A stretch of 64,000 nt of DNA from Chrysomallon squamiferum (taxonomy: Eukaryota; Animalia; Mollusca). The stretch covers positions 992,001 through 1,056,000 of the forward strand of contig CM022679.1 of NCBI GenBank assembly GCA_012295275.1. Direction: 5' to 3'. Shown here one piece after another: positions 13,889-35,049 of this stretch; the first letter of the stretch is position 1, and the number at the start of each line of letters is the position of its first letter. A program made the translations under genes and the position numbers. The notes below the pieces were generated by a model. That model was not told the DNA's origin and did not search any database. It saw nothing but the letters and a program-made list of their open reading frames with translations.

Positions 13889-14979
13889 AGTCTGATTTGG
13901 TAATAAAGGAACAGTTTGAAAAATGAAAAAATGATGTAAATATATTTTCAGATATCAAAATGAAAGTCTACTAGTCAGATATCAAACTGAAACAGCAGTA
14001 GTCGGAGGTTAATATGAAACATCAGCAGGCAGATACCAACATGAAATATCAAAATGAAACAATAATAGTTACATACCAGAAAGAACCAGTACTAGTCAGA
14101 TTTCAAAATAAAACAGTGATAGTCAGATATTAAAATGAAACTGTATCAGTCAAACTAAACAGTGGAAGGCAATTATCAGAATGAAACAGTAGTAGTCAGA
14201 CACACAAACGAGACAGTAATAGTCCAGTGAAATAGCAGTAGTCACAAATCAAAATGTGACAACAATAACACACTTCAGCTTTTCAACTGATTCTTTGACA
14301 GGAAGTATTGCAAAATATTGATCTCATCATTGTTTTCACCCTATTGTTAATTTCCATGTTTCTCTGAAAATGGGTTTGTTCATCTCACAGGAGAGCGAGT
14401 TTTTGTTTTGTTTCAAGAAAGCTGTCATATAAATATCTGATTAATTAATTATTATTATTATTTTGTTACACTTCATCAATCACACGTATGTATCTGAAAT
14501 GTGAAAAACAAGAAACATCCTATGATATTTGTTTAACAATTAATGATTTTATTTTATTAACATAAAAGAAAACAAAAATAACAATAGAAGTCGCAAAACA
14601 ACTCGAAGAATCCAAGCAAATAATATATGACTTGATTAATATGTGTTAGTACAAAGAAAAGAATAGAGAACAGATTGCAGCTCAACAAAAAGTTTATATC
14701 ATTATTTTTATTTTTTCATAATGATAATCAATTTCTATTTGGTGTTATTAAGCATTGAGTAAATTTCGTTCAAGTAAATGACTAAAATTACAAACTTAAA
14801 CAAACTTTCATTATGAAAGAAGATTTTGAAAGAAATGTGATTTGAATAAGAAAGAGCAGATCGAGAAGATGCTAAGAAAGTAGAATTAGAAAATACTGTA
14901 GAAAGACTGTGATGAGATATATAGACAAAACTGTCCTATGTTGGAAGATGATGCATTGAAAATCTTTTCTTGTAAAACA

Positions 14980-15477
14980 GAAAAAACATGCTCTGTCTAT
15001 AAAGATTGAAACGTTAGAATAACAATTGTAATGGAGTGCTGCGGAAAGCTGAAAGTGGGTTTTAAAATTCACAAATTCAATTTATATGATTTTCTGTTTC
15101 TTTCAGTGCAATTGATTGTTTTAGACAGACAGAAATCAAGAAAGGAAAGAAAAGAAAAAGAGCAACAACAACAGAAACTAATAACAGTTAAAATAAATAG
15201 ATAAATAAATAAATAAATAAATAAAAGAGAAAAACATGCTCTGTCTATAAAGATTGAAACGTTAGAATAACAATTGTAATGGAGTGCTGCGGAAAGCTGA
15301 AAGTGGGTTTTAAAATTCACAAATTCAATTTATATGATTTTCTGTTTCTTTCAGTGCAATTGATTGTTTTAGACAGACAGAAATCAAGAAAGGAAAGAAA
15401 AGAAAAAGAGCAACAACAACAGAAACTAATAACAGTTAAAATAAATAGATAAATAAATAAATAAATAAATAAATAAA
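14980..15477. repeat. Local 248-bp tandem duplication
   Basis: AAAAACATGCTCTGTCTATAAAG..(AAAT)n block occurs twice here and once in the paralogous region (~2515-2765). Two ORFs with identical starts are 248 bp apart. Confidence 0.9.
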
Positions 15478-16135
15478 TGAATAAATCAGTGTATAAATAA
15501 ATAAATAAATGTTAAATGTTACAGTATTGGCCTGTAGCTACATGTTAAAAGTTACTGTATTGTTACATAGCTTCATGTTAGATGTTAGAGTATTGTTATG
15601 TAATTTCACGTTAAATGTAGCATGTTTATTGTTACAGTGTATGTGATAACCCTATGAGTGAAATCTATCATACGTTTGACGAAATATTAGTTTCATTTAC
15701 AAGGTAGTACGAGATAGTTACAAACTGTTATATTAATAAGAAACGTACACTCTTTTACATTTAGAAATGTGTAAGATGTATAGGCAAAGTTTGTACAAAT
15801 AGTAACAGTCGTAACAGTGGTAGTAGTAGTGGTACTAGTGTTAGCAGTAGTAGTAGTAGTAGTACTAGTATAATACTATTACTGTTATTATTATTATTGG
15901 TAATTTAACTTTTGTTTTGTTTAAGTAAGTAAATAAATAAATGAAAGGGAAGAAAGAAAGAAAGGAAGAAAATAAAATCTTTTTTTGAAAACTTCTGCTT
16001 CGTATTTACTTTATCTTTATTTTACAAAGATAAACGTAGCTATTTATTTGTTCATTTGTTTATTTTCTATTTCTTTAAAGAATAATTATCTTGAAATGAC
16101 TGACGCTTTTGAAACGTTTTATATTTTTAGCATTA

Positions 16136-16180
<45 letters not shown>

Positions 16181-16356
16181 TATAAAATAAAATGAAATGA
16201 ACAAAACACAAATTAAATCAGGTCATTGTATATCAAGTTAATGCAGAAGAATCTAGACACCATTAGCTGAAAATCTGAAATTGAGAAATTGCAAATCTCT
16301 TTCTGATTTGTGTAATAATTACGAAGGATTCTGTTCTGTTGTATATTTTTCTCAGT

Positions 16357-17223
16357 TTACATAAGTTTTTCACAGATGTAACGTGAACTGTAGAGGCAGT
16401 TAATGTCAATACATCCGTGTTTATATTTGCCAAAGTCTAAATCCACGCAGAATTCACCAGCGTTGTTGGAGCTGTTCGGTTCTCCTGGTGCCCAGCTGGT
16501 GTAGCTCAACGGTGAACCGTCCAGCCACACCCAGTTACCGTTGTGGGTCGGGTCGTGAGCTCCCACGTGAAACAAGGTACGTTGATGATCTAGAAAATAA
16601 ATACATAACTAGATGAGAAACCCGCTCTCAGTTTCATATATTCCAGACAGGATGGTTACATTGTATCATGTGCATGGTTACACTGATGATAAACGTGGTT
16701 TCATTAATCATATACATGGTGACTGTATATTATTTAAATGATTACATTGTATGATATACATAGTCACATTTCGTTATATGCATTGTAGTATTTAGTCATA
16801 TACATGGTCACCTTGTGTCATACATAGGGTTATGTTTTTAACAAACATGGTTTACATTCCACCATATACATGAGAAAAATGTGTCGTATATATGATTACA
16901 TATACAGAGTTGTATTGTGTTATATATATGGTTACACATAGATGGTTACATTGTGTTATATATATGGATGCACTGAAACAAAGAAATTGGAGACAGATGT
17001 ATTATACAGCAGGCTACTTTTTGACGTTTCTCAAATTGAAATAATTTGCTTTCTTTTTTATGTGAAAATAAAATGAATCTGACATTTTCATCATAATTAG
17101 TAATTTCTGTTAATATTACTACAAAAATCAGTAATATGTATTAATGTTATTCTTCGATTAATAATTAGATTAATAGAAGAAAATAGTTTCAAATAACTTA
17201 TTAATATACGTTTAATCAAGGTA

Positions 17224-17316
<93 letters not shown>

Positions 17317-18796
17317 CAATTTCGTTTTTCCCGTTCTACTCACCAAGAGACAACATTTCCACAATGGCTGAGTTTTTCTGATGTGAGTCTAACAGTACAA
17401 GTCTCGCACCTTCTGACTGACATCTGTGTTGAGCTGAGAGCCACGTCTGTTTGTCTGACGACAACTTCACACAAAGTGGTCCTTTTCTGATCAAACGGTA
17501 ACCATCTGAGTTACACCTTTCTGTAACGAAACACACAAAACTAACATGAAACCGTTTTTATATAGATTAACCTAACATCAAAGTATTGTTATATACTCTA
17601 TACTAACAACAGTAAGCGGCTATATGGATTACATTTACACCAAGACGTTGTTATATGTACTAAACTGTCATCAAAATACTGTATTTTGCAATATCAGAAT
17701 GCAATATTTTGGAGGCATACCATTTATTCTAAAATATTCCTAGGATATTACGTTCAAACCATCTGAATACTCGTGGCACTAAAGCTATTTGATGTGAGAT
17801 TTTGTCTAAAATCAAGTTTCTCGGTGGCCATTTTGAAAAATTGGCTGTCTCAGGTAATCAGTTTTAATATTTTGTTTTACAAATAACATATATCATGTTA
17901 TACCTGGGAGATTCCTGAACAAAATTATATCATTCGTGGAAGAATTTCATTATTCAGAGTTTCTTACGATGACTATTTTGCAAAAGATGAATTTTGTGTA
18001 CCTCCATCCCTTTAGTGATACCAGTTTGACAGAACCACCAGTCCTAAAACATTGCTGGGACGATGCCCAATTAAAAACCTATCATCAAATCTTCTGAATA
18101 CTAGTCGTCTGTGAAAATCAGCTTCTTGACTATAGGAAAGTCCCGGTGTTAAATCGTTGACCAGAACAGCACTGAGATTATACTAACAGGTCGTACTTTT
18201 CAGGTCGTGTTGATACTGTGTCTGCATACAGCACGTAACTTAGTCTGTTGTCATATCCCATGTGTATAAAGTCAGACAAAAATTCTGAAGGCATGTTTTG
18301 GTTTCTTAATTCCACTTTTCTGTTTAATTATAGGATCTGGGATAAATCGTTTAGGGGACACATGTCCTCAGGCGGCTAGCTGGCGGCCATTTTGAATTTA
18401 TACAAATTAGTGTACTGCCAGATTTTCTCCAAATTTCTTATGTATATTCACAGTGACTCCCCTAATAAACAAAAGTAAGGTAATCAAAATTATGCGTTTT
18501 GTAGACAAATGACGAATAGTCAAGAATATTACATTAAAAGAGAAACTTAAACTAATACCTGACTGCAGAACGAAGTAGATGACACCAGGTGATATTCCAA
18601 CATTGAAAGTATCAAGCCATCTGTTTTCCAGGTAACAGTTTCTCTTTTCCTGGTTGAAGAAACATGTGGAACATGTTGAATTGTAAGCACAGTAAATCAC
18701 ACATGCTATAACTGTGTCTGTCGGTACTGGAGCAGTGGTGTTTGTAAAAACTAGCACTCTGTAGATACTGGCAATATACTGACTCATACCAACCAT
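16357..18796 (-). CDS. PAN/Apple + C-type lectin gene L4 (type B), ~215 aa
   Basis: Exons 18796-18559, 17520-17344 and 16589-16357, same sizes and phases as L2; EPN motif; open frame. Confidence 0.85.
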
Positions 18797-18854
18797 AGTC
18801 GATATAATTAAGTAATAGAAAAAAAATGTAGAGAAAGTGCGAAAAAATCCAATA

Positions 18855-19135
18855 GCAGTAGTCAGATGTAAAAACGAAATAACAATTGACAGATATCCAA
18901 ATAAAACAACAGTAATAAGATATCCAAATAATACAACAGTAGTCAGATATCCAAATAAAACAACAGTAGTCAGATATCCAGATAAAACAACAATAGTCAG
19001 ATATCAAAATAAAACAACAGTTGACAGATATCCAAATAAAACAACAGTAGTCAGATATCAGAATAAAGCAGCAGTAGTCAGATATCAAAATGAAACAGTA
19101 GTAGTCAGATATCAAAATGAAACAGTAGTAGTCCG
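18855..19135. repeat. 27-bp minisatellite directly upstream of the PAN exon
   Basis: About 10 copies of CAGTAGTCAGATATCCAAATAAAACAA. Degenerate versions at ~1450-1760, ~5480-5595 and ~13950-14250. Confidence 0.85.
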
Positions 19136-20532
19136 GTTTATTAAATGAGTTCTGGAAATAAAACTGATATAATCAAATTAGAAAACGGACACATATAATC
19201 TTAGACGGATATAGTCACATATAGCTATAATGAGATAACTGAGACAGATATAAACAAAGACAGATATAATCAGTCAGATATAGATAACAGAGAAATGATG
19301 TCGTCTGTAGCTGAGACATCTTATAACTGACAACTGGTGACGCTATGACAGGAAACGTAGTTAAATATTGATCTGATTATTGTGTTCACCCTACTGTTAG
19401 TTGCCAACTTTGTGACTATTTTATCTTCTAGAACACTTCTGTGTCTTATTTTAACAAAGCGTTAATAATTATTATTATCATTTTTTTACACTCCGTCGGC
19501 TCCACGTACAGACATAGCAGAGCGACAACATTTATTGAAAGATTAATGATATGAAAGCCACTACAAAAACCAACACCATTCAAACCAAAACAGAACAAAG
19601 CAAAGTAAAACGCACACAAACAAAAAACACAACATTATTAATGTTTGGCTTGATGAACATGAATAAATCTGCGCATCAGACTTTGTAAGAGATTTTATGG
19701 ACGACTCGTTTGACTTCTTTATAAAACGTTCTGGACTGAATAACACTGGAAGTCATTTTTCATTGGCCAATCCTGATCAAGTCTATGCGAAGACAAAGTA
19801 AAAGAGTTTTAATAGATTTTGAAAAGAGCATTACAAAGGCTTAGAATCGTCTGTATCTAACACTATGCGTCTTCTAGGTAACGCCTTTTGTTTAGAAAAT
19901 ATTGACTTTCAAAAGATGTATGCACTCGAGAATCATTTGTCTTTATAGAACTGTTTGTTCTTCTCTGATTATAAATAAAACATATTATCTAACAATTTGT
20001 GTATGTTGTCACAAAATGAACTAATGAATTATATCTCAATTATAAATGTACGCTGAATATTAATCCCTAAGGAACTGGCAACAAGTTAAATACGGAAATA
20101 GGGTAAACAAGAAACTGAGTGAAGAGTGAAGAAGAAGTTGGCTGAAGGACAAGTATTGAATTGACTGAAGCTCAAAGAAGGCACAGACTGAACGATAAGA
20201 CATTCAGCAAGAAGTGATGAAGCACAAGATCAGTCTTTCTCGTTATTTTCCCATCAGAAGGTCCACATAACAGATTCTTTATTGCTAAGTGTTAGGATGA
20301 CATCAAACTTCTTTCCTCTGACACATCATCCTTACATATATCTAAAATATTTTGTCCAGATTTGATTAAACCGAGATTGCTTTATTCATTTGGAGCGACA
20401 GAAAACTGCCTCTTATATGTTATATTCATACTGACCATATAATTCGAAGATTATAGTTTGAAAATGCTCTGAAATATCTTATCAAATCTGTTTAAACAAG
20501 GAAAGAGAGATAGAGAGAGAGATGTTAATAGA

Positions 20533-20626
<94 letters not shown>

Positions 20627-21616
20627 AGAGAGAGTACGTTTGCGTTATATGCAGAATTGATAAAACAAATTATTCAGAATAATCACTTACGGTAGATGAA
20701 GGGTTTTTTAACAGAGATATTTTCTCCTGGCTAGACAAATTGTAAACATACTTTCTGCAAGACAAATCTTCTGATTTGTGTGAAAGATAATGAGTATAAC
20801 TACTTTAATATTTTCAATGGCACAGAATATAAATCACTTTCTTGTGTTTTCAGTAGCACTGCCTTGTTTACCACATTCGCCACAGTATTGCTATATTTGT
20901 AAATGTACGGATATTTATTATTATTATATTATTAATTTGTCATTTCCAAAATTGGATTTCAGATTCAGTTGTGCGTTCATGTAAAGATGTGTTTAGTAAA
21001 TGTATGATACATGTATTCCATATCTGAAACTATCGATGTTACGTTATCACAAAATTCTCCAACTTCTTTGTTACAGGTGAATTCTACGTTCAGTTTCTAA
21101 TTAATATTTTGACAGTGCCTCTATGAGTTTGTAATTAATCATTTTACAGGGCTATTTTCAGTTTATAATAAAAACATTGTCATGCTCGGAATCTTAAGTG
21201 TCAGCTAAAGTATGTCTTTTTTTTCCTTCTTTGTGTATGTATATATGTGTGTGTGTGTGTGTGTGTGTTTATATATAAAATAGTTTAAGGAGGAATTCTG
21301 TAAAGAAATATGTGCCATTTTGTTTGTCATACAACAAATATTTATGTGAACTGTATTTGGATATGGATGTGTTTGCGCGCGTTTGTCTGTATGTGTATAT
21401 CTTTGTGTTTGTATGTTTATGCTGTGTATTGATATCTAAGCAATAACGTTTTGTTTTTAGAATATGTACTGAAGTGCATGCCTGAACACACACACACACA
21501 GTCAGGAATCCTTTGTATCAGTATGTGTATTACAAGTACCTCTTTTCATTTACAAATGTTTTAAAAATTTATTATCTCGTTGACACACATGACATTCTGT
21601 AGTGCAGACACAATGG

Positions 21617-26868
<5,252 letters not shown>

Positions 26869-27109
26869 GGCACTGTTAAATATTTATTATTATTTACATT
26901 TGTAAACCAACAAACATATATTAGAAAATGAAGTCTAACGTGTGAAATGGACTTCGTGTGTAATTATTATAATATCTACACGTATAATGAGCATGCACAC
27001 CCGTTTGTTTACCACAAAATTTAATTTGTATGCACAGACACTGCTTCCCGAGCTGTTGTGATATAAACACAGAAACATACAGCAAAATAGTCTGATATTT
27101 AACACATCG

Positions 27110-28980
27110 CCTGCACGTTCACAGAGGTTATAGAAATTATATGTATGTTCACAAAGGTTATACAAATTACATGTATGTTCACAAAGGTTATAGAAATTAT
27201 ATATAGTTCACAAAGGTTATACAAATTACATGTATGTTCACAAAGGTTATACAAATTATATATAGTTCACAAAGGTTATACAAATTACATGTATGTTCAC
27301 AAAGTTCATAACAAATTATGTGTACGTTTACCAAGGTTGTACAAATTATGTGTACGTTCACACATATTACACTGTGTTGCGTATACGTTGTATAGTTCAC
27401 ATTATCAAAGATAATAAAAATTGTCAGACAACAACATGTATATTCTCTATTGAAATAATCACACAGCAATATGTAAATTCTATAATGAAATAGTCACTTA
27501 ACAATGTACATTCTGTAGTGAAATATTCACACAATTTGTAAAGTCTGTAATGAAATAGTCATACAACAATACGCAAATTCTGCAAAAATATATATTTTTT
27601 AAATTAATAAAACAATAGGTAAATTTTATACTGATTTTTCTTTTTCTTTCTTACTTCTGTTTTCTTTCCTTATGAAAGATAACAAAAACTGTCACATAAC
27701 AACATGCATATTCTGTATTGAAATAGTCACACAGGAACATGTAAATTCTGTATTGAAATAATCACACAGGAATATGTAAATTCTGTAATGAAATAGTCAC
27801 ATAACAAAATTCTGTGGTGAAATGTTCACACAGCAATATTTAAAGTCTGTAATGAAACAGTCACACAGGAATATGTAAATTCTGTAATGAAATAGTCACA
27901 CAACATGTAAATTCTGTAATGAAATAATCACACAGGAATATGTAAATTCTGTAATGAAATAGTCAAACAACAAAATTCTGTAGATAAATAATCACACAGC
28001 AATATGTAAAATCTGTACTCAAATTCACAAAACAATATGCAAATTCTGCAAAAAACAAAAAGTAAAACAATAATATATAAATTGTATACCGAATTTTCTT
28101 TTTCTTTCCTACTTCTGTTTCATTTCCTTAAGATATACAATTTTTTGTACCGAAATATCGCACATTAATATATAGTTTTCGAACTCAAATTATAACAGCA
28201 CTGTGTATACCGAACGCTGAATGTGATATATATATATTCATTTCTTATCACATTCATCGTTCGGTATATACAGTGCTGTTATAATTTAAGTTCGAAAACT
28301 GTATATCATTATCTGACTATCTTAAGGAAATAAAACTGAAGTAAGAAAGAAAAAGAAAATTCAGTATAAGATTTACATATTGTTTTATTAATTTTTTTAT
28401 AATAAAAACAATTTTGTGCAGACTTTGCATATTGTTGTATGACAATTTCATTACAGACTTTACATATTGTGTGAATATTTCACTACAGAGTTTACATGTT
28501 GTTGTGTGATAATTTTTATTATCTTTGATAATGTGAAGTATAAAACGTATGCGAAACACGGTGTAATATGTGTGAACGTACACACAATTTGGTATAACCT
28601 TTGTGAACGTACACATAATTTGGTATAACCTTTGTGAACGTACACATAATTTGGTGTAACCTTTGTGAACGTACACATAATTTGGTATAACCTTTGTGAA
28701 CGTACACACAATTTGGTATAACCTTTGTGAACGTACACATAATTTGGTATAACCTTTGTCAACGTACACATAATTTGGTATAACCTTTGTGAACGTACAC
28801 ATAATTTGGTGTAACCTTTGTGAACGTGCATGCAATTTGTATAACGTTTGTGAATGTACATACAATTTGGAATAACCTTTCTGAATATACATGTTATTTG
28901 TACAACCTGTGTTTACTACATAAAATTTGGTATAACCTTTGTGAACATATATATAATTTGTATAAACTTTGTGAACGTGC
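27110..28980. repeat. ~30-31-bp minisatellite (TGTACGTTCACAAAGGTTATACCAAATTATG) arrays plus a second ~33-bp degenerate array
   Basis: Arrays at 27110-27360 (+) and 28570-28980 (-; clean 31-bp period). AATATGTAAATTCTGTAATGAAATAGTCACAC-type array at ~27430-28050. The same 31-mer family occurs at ~23330-23560, 34290-34490, 37665-38220, 41600-41740, 44930-45095, 48300-48475 and 51550-51780. Confidence 0.9.
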
Positions 28981-29193
28981 ATGTGATGTGTTAAATATCA
29001 CAACAGCTCGGAAAGCAGTGTCTGTGCATACAAATTAAATTTTGTGGTAAACAAACGGGTGTACATGCTCATTATACGTGTAGATATTATAATAATTACA
29101 CGCGAAGTCCATTTCACACGTTAGACTTCATTTTCTAATATATGTTTGTTGGTTTACAAATGTAAATAATAATATTAAATATTTAACAGTGCC

Positions 29194-30700
29194 ATGCTTT
29201 TTCATATTTTGCTTGTATTTTGTCTCCTAAAGTTTAAAGGTAAGAATAAAATGTCCATTGTTGTACGTATAAACAAATATGTACATTTTAATATTCATAA
29301 TATGTCTCTATTGTAATAGATAGAGAGATAGATAAATAGATTGATTGATAGATAGATAGATAGAGATAAACAGTCAGATAAATGTATAGATAGAGAGAGA
29401 GATAGGTAATTAGATAGGTAGATACATAGATATAGCAATATGCAGTTTGTTTATGTACATAGCAGAAATATGTATGTGTGAACAGTATATTCATAAAGAA
29501 AAAGGTTTAATCCACGAAAACATTTACAACGATAATAATTCAGACAATGTTAGAAATTCTGCAGTCAAATTAATTAAACAGAAGAATGGTGATATGAACT
29601 GTATCTGCAGAGTGATTTTTGTCACAAAAGAAAAAAATATTTATTTATTTATTTATTTATTTATTTTTTTATTTTGTATTTTTTTATATTTTAATCACTG
29701 TTTTACAAAATATGGCAGATCCTAAACTATCATAAGACGGTTTCAGGAAATCAGACATTCATGGTTAAAAAGATCCCTAGATGACGTCCAGGGTTACGAA
29801 GTGAGTAGACTTCATGTACATTGCACTGACCTCAAAGTGTATCTCATGTGTATGAGATGCTGGACAGTGAATTGATACATCTTGGTAAGACTCAGGTCTT
29901 GCGGCGAGTGACAGTGAGGAAACAACTGGTTCAGGGGTATTTCCACTGTATGTGGCAGACCTAACCAGACGTCGAGTCCAATTTGCTGTCACGTGATACC
30001 TGAGCCTTCTCCAGCTGAACTAGTTTTACTGACTGTAATAATACTGCCACCCTCGGTCGACATCCCCTCGTTTTCGCATTCCACTCACCCCCTTGTCATC
30101 AGATTTCAAGACTGCCATGTTAAACAAAAGGCTATGAATATTCCGTGTGTTGAATCAGAAGTTAACTGAACAAGTCACTTCAGAAGAGAGCAAGTTGTGT
30201 ATCAGAGCCTATCAACGTCCTTTTAATCTCTCCAACATTGTAATGTTACAGTATACCTTTCTGCCAAACCAGATGAACAGATGAACAAATGACAGATTTA
30301 TCAGACATTTTTTTCCTTTTTGTGTCCATTTTCACATTTAATTTTCTTTTTTATTTTTCATTATTCCTTTATTAATTTATTTTGTATTTATTTATTTCAT
30401 TAAATTTTTATTTTTATTATTTTCTTAATTTTTTTATATTTTTTTTACTTATTTTTTCCTAATTTTATTTAATAATTAATTTATTTAAATTTTATTTTAT
30501 TTATTTTATTTATTTTTTATTTTAATTTTTTTTCATTTGTATTTTTTTTTATTTTATTTTTTACTTTTTTTAATTTGTTCATTTTATTTTTTTTTTTATT
30601 TGTTTTTATTGTTTTTTTTATTTGTTTTTAATTTATTAATTTGTTTAATTTTAATTTTATTTATTTTTATTTAATTTAATTTAATTTAATTTATTTATTT

Positions 30701-30767
<67 letters not shown>

Positions 30768-31238
30768 TTCATTCATTTTTATTTATTTATGTTATTTTAT
30801 TTTTTTATTTATTTATTTTATTTATTTACTTTATTTTATTTAATTTAATGTTATTTATTTATTTATTTTATTTTATTTAATTTTGTTGTGTTTTCTTAAA
30901 TTTGTTCATATTTTATTTTACTTTCTTTCATTTATTTACGTATTTATTTATTTATTTTATTTATTGATTGATGGATTTTATTATTTTATTTTATTTTATT
31001 TTATTTAATGATTTTTTTACTTACATACATTCTTACTTACTAATTTATTTTTTTCTAGAAAGTCAAAGGATACACAGACGTACAATCGGCAGTGAGCAGA
31101 TATCACGTGGTAGTGACCCGTGGATAGTTTTACTCAAGGGTACATCAGTTTACAAAAACCTGCTGTGGACAACGACGAGTTCTACGGTGTGATCAACAGC
31201 CAATGGATCCTGACAGCAGCTCACTGCTTTTATATGAG
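29194..31238 (+). pseudogene. Inverted, 3'-truncated serine protease pseudogene (exons 1-2 only)
   Basis: Exon 1 29194-29239 (MLFHILLVFCLLKFK, G|GTAAGA). Exon 2 31059-31238 has TIGS and a ~19-bp deletion removing YCGGG, giving TGA at 31190-31192. No later exons. Confidence 0.9.
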
Positions 31239-31333
31239 GTGTCTGCATGCATAAATACATACATTACATTCATATATATATACATATATAGTACATACAT
31301 ACGTACGTACATACACAGATTCGTACATGAAGC

Positions 31334-31477
<144 letters not shown>

Positions 31478-32432
31478 TTGCGTTATATGCTGAATTGATA
31501 CAACACAATTATTCAGAATAATCAGTTACGCAGATGAAGGGTTTTTTAACAGAGATATTTTCTCCTGGCTAGACAAATTGTAAACATACTTTCTGCAAGA
31601 CAAATCTTCTGATTTGTGTGAAAGATAATGAGTAGAACTACTTTAATATTTTTAATGGCACAGAATATAAATCACTTTCTTGTGTTTTCAGTAGCACTGG
31701 CTTGTTTACCACATTCGCCACAGTATTGCTATATTTGTAAATGTACGGATATTTATTATTATTATATTATTAATTTGTCATTTCCAAAATTGGATTTCAG
31801 ATTCAGTTGTGCGTTCATGTAAAGATCTGTTTAGTAAATGTATGATACATGTATTCCATATCTGAAACTATCGATGTTACGTTATCACAAAATTCTCCAA
31901 CTTCTTTCTTACAGGTGAATTCTACTTTCAGTTTCTAATTAATATTTTGACAGTGCCTCTGTGAGTTTGTAATTAATCATTTACATGCTCGGAACCTTAA
32001 GTATGTCTGTTTTTTCCTTCTTTTTATGTGTGTGTGTGTGTTTGATTATATAATAAAATAGTTAAACCAGGAATTCTGTAAAGAAATATGTATCTTTTTG
32101 TGTGTCATACAACAAATATTTATATGAACTGCCCGACGCACAAACTCCATATAAATGTATTTGGATATGGGTGTGTTTGCGTGTGTGTGTCTGTGTGTGT
32201 ATATGTTTTTGTTTGTTTGTTTGTGTGTGTCTGTGCTGTGCACTGACGTTTTGTTTTCAGAATGTACTGAAGTGCATGCCAGAACACAAACATACAGACA
32301 GACACAAACACACACAGTCAAGAATCCTTTGTATCAGTGTGTGTGTTACAAGTGCCTCTTTTCATTTACAAATGTTTTTACAATTTATTATCTCGTTGAC
32401 ACACATGACATTCTGTAGTGCAGACACAATGG

Positions 32433-32600
32433 TCAGTTGTAGATATGTCTTTTTATCCACTGCAAGTACATGCTGACCCGGGTAAACACAGCGGGGATGT
32501 CACCTGATCTGAGTTTACTGCTGAATGATACGATACCAGAAACAACGTGTTTGCCGTCCACTTTACACACCAGAGCACTACCACTGTCTCCCTGATAGCA

Positions 32601-32665
<65 letters not shown>

Positions 32666-32762
32666 TACAACAGCAACAACAACACAATAATAATAATAAT
32701 AATAACAAAAACAATAATAACAATATTAATAATAATAATAATTACAACAGCAACAAGAGCAC

Positions 32763-32807
<45 letters not shown>

Positions 32808-33073
32808 TACAACAATGACAGCAGTAATAGCAATAGCAACATAAACAATAAGAACAAGAACAATAATAATAATAGCAATAGCAGCAGTAACACCAACATC
32901 AATACTAATGATAATAATAATGAGAATGATAATGACAACAATAAGAACAACAAGAATAATAATAATAGTAACAGCAGAAGAACGACAATAACAACAACAA
33001 TAGCAACAACAACAATAATAGCAGCAATAACAACAACATTAATAATAATAATAATGATTATGCTGATGATGAC

Positions 33074-33111
<38 letters not shown>

Positions 33112-33741
33112 TAATAATATTAATAGTGATAATAGCAATAATGATAATAATAATAATAGAAATAATAGTAGTATTAGTATTAGTAGCAGTAGTAATAGTG
33201 GTGGTGGTAATGGTAGTACTAGCAGTATCAGTAATGGTAGTTTAATATTGAGAAGAACAATAACAACTAAAAACTACAATGACAGCAATGGCAGCACGTG
33301 TTAACCCTTGGTTTGTTTTGCTCACTAGACAGACGCCAATCCTTCTATCTTTGTGTCCTGCGCAGATTCTGTACGTCATCCTCAATCTATAATATTTCTG
33401 ACACAGAGAATCCCACCTCACTGGTATCTTTATCTTCCGAGCGGCCGAAGATGGAGCTCCCCCTATAATAATAATAAATAAAAAAAAAGTATTCATTAAC
33501 CTTAGATATATTTAACAACAACAAGAAGAAACAAAAACAGAAGATAATTAAAAAAAACGCACAAAAGATCCCTAAACGAATCAAATAGATAGAACTGAAT
33601 GAATAAACAAAAACAGTGATGATGCTAAATAGAAACCGTGTAAGATAGAATAAAAAATAAAAATTATCCATTATATATTTATTATTATTATTTCTTTTTT
33701 CTGCTTTTGTTGCTGTTGTTGCTTTTTTATTTATTTATTAT

Positions 33742-33805
<64 letters not shown>

Positions 33806-34999
33806 TTTTCATTCTTTTCAATATGTCTAAACTGCGTTGCTTACTTTCTAACCGTTATAAGTTTTAACACAAAAGATACAACTTACCTTCATGGGTACAT
33901 CCCCACCCGGTTATGTAGCATTTCGTGCAGGGTGGTGGGTAGTGTTTGATGGGTGGCGGTAAATATAGTCTTCGGATATAGTGAAAGGTTTCACCGGCTG
34001 GAACTTTCTCGCGAAGTTTGACGATTGCGATGTCGTGAGCGTATTTATCTGAATAATTATTTTACTTCTTACATTTCATTAGAAACAGTTTACAGATATG
34101 TTTTACATTTTTATTCTCGTGTTTTAAAAATACAGGTACATGTCATTATGCATGGTCACTGAAGTAGGACCCCATTTAATGCATCTACGTAGCTTGTCAG
34201 TTTCTAAATGTTCTTTCATTAATGATTAGTATTCTTATTATAGTCTGTATCAGTTAACATATACCTTGATAGATAATACAGCAAATACATGTACGTTCAC
34301 TCAGGTTATACCAAATATATGTACGTTCACAAAGGCTACAGTGAATTAATTATGTGTACGATTACATAGGTTTTACCAAATTATATGTCAGTTCACAAAG
34401 GTTATACTAAATTACATGAACGTTCACAAAGAAAATAGGAAATTATCTGTATGTTAACAAAAGTTGTACCAAATTATGTGTACGTTTAGAAAGGTTATTA
34501 CTATAATAGAAGTTGTAGTTGTTGTTACTAGTTATGAAGTATTTGCAATAGTACTGTGGTAAGAATGCCAGTAGTAGTAGTCGTGACTTACAAGGCTTGT
34601 TGTACAGAGGATGTGTTATAATCATTGCCACTCTGATATCCCACTGTTTCCACTCAGTCACGTCAAATAAACTTCCAAGGATGTTGTACATTCGGTCAGA
34701 AAATGTTCCCTGATTGATAAACACTGTATTAAACACTGTGTTACCTTTTTAAAACATTTTAATATTTATAATGAACTGTTTCAACTCGCGCTTGTAACGA
34801 TATTCAAAACCAAATTTCTCTTTTGCTTTGTGGGCTATGTCTATATCTCTATCTATTAGTCTGTCTGTCTTTATTTGTGTAAGTATCTATCTACCTTCTA
34901 TGTCTGTATCCCTATCTATCTTTATCTATTTCATATCTGATTTTTTGTCTGTATGTCTGTCTGTCTGTCTGTCAGCCTACCTGCATAAATCTATCTATC

Positions 35000-35049
<50 letters not shown>

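Noticed and set aside
28317-28982. 221-aa repetitive ORF and similar ORFs at 37658 and 52140
   Set aside because: Translations of 31-bp and 42-bp minisatellites, open in several frames.
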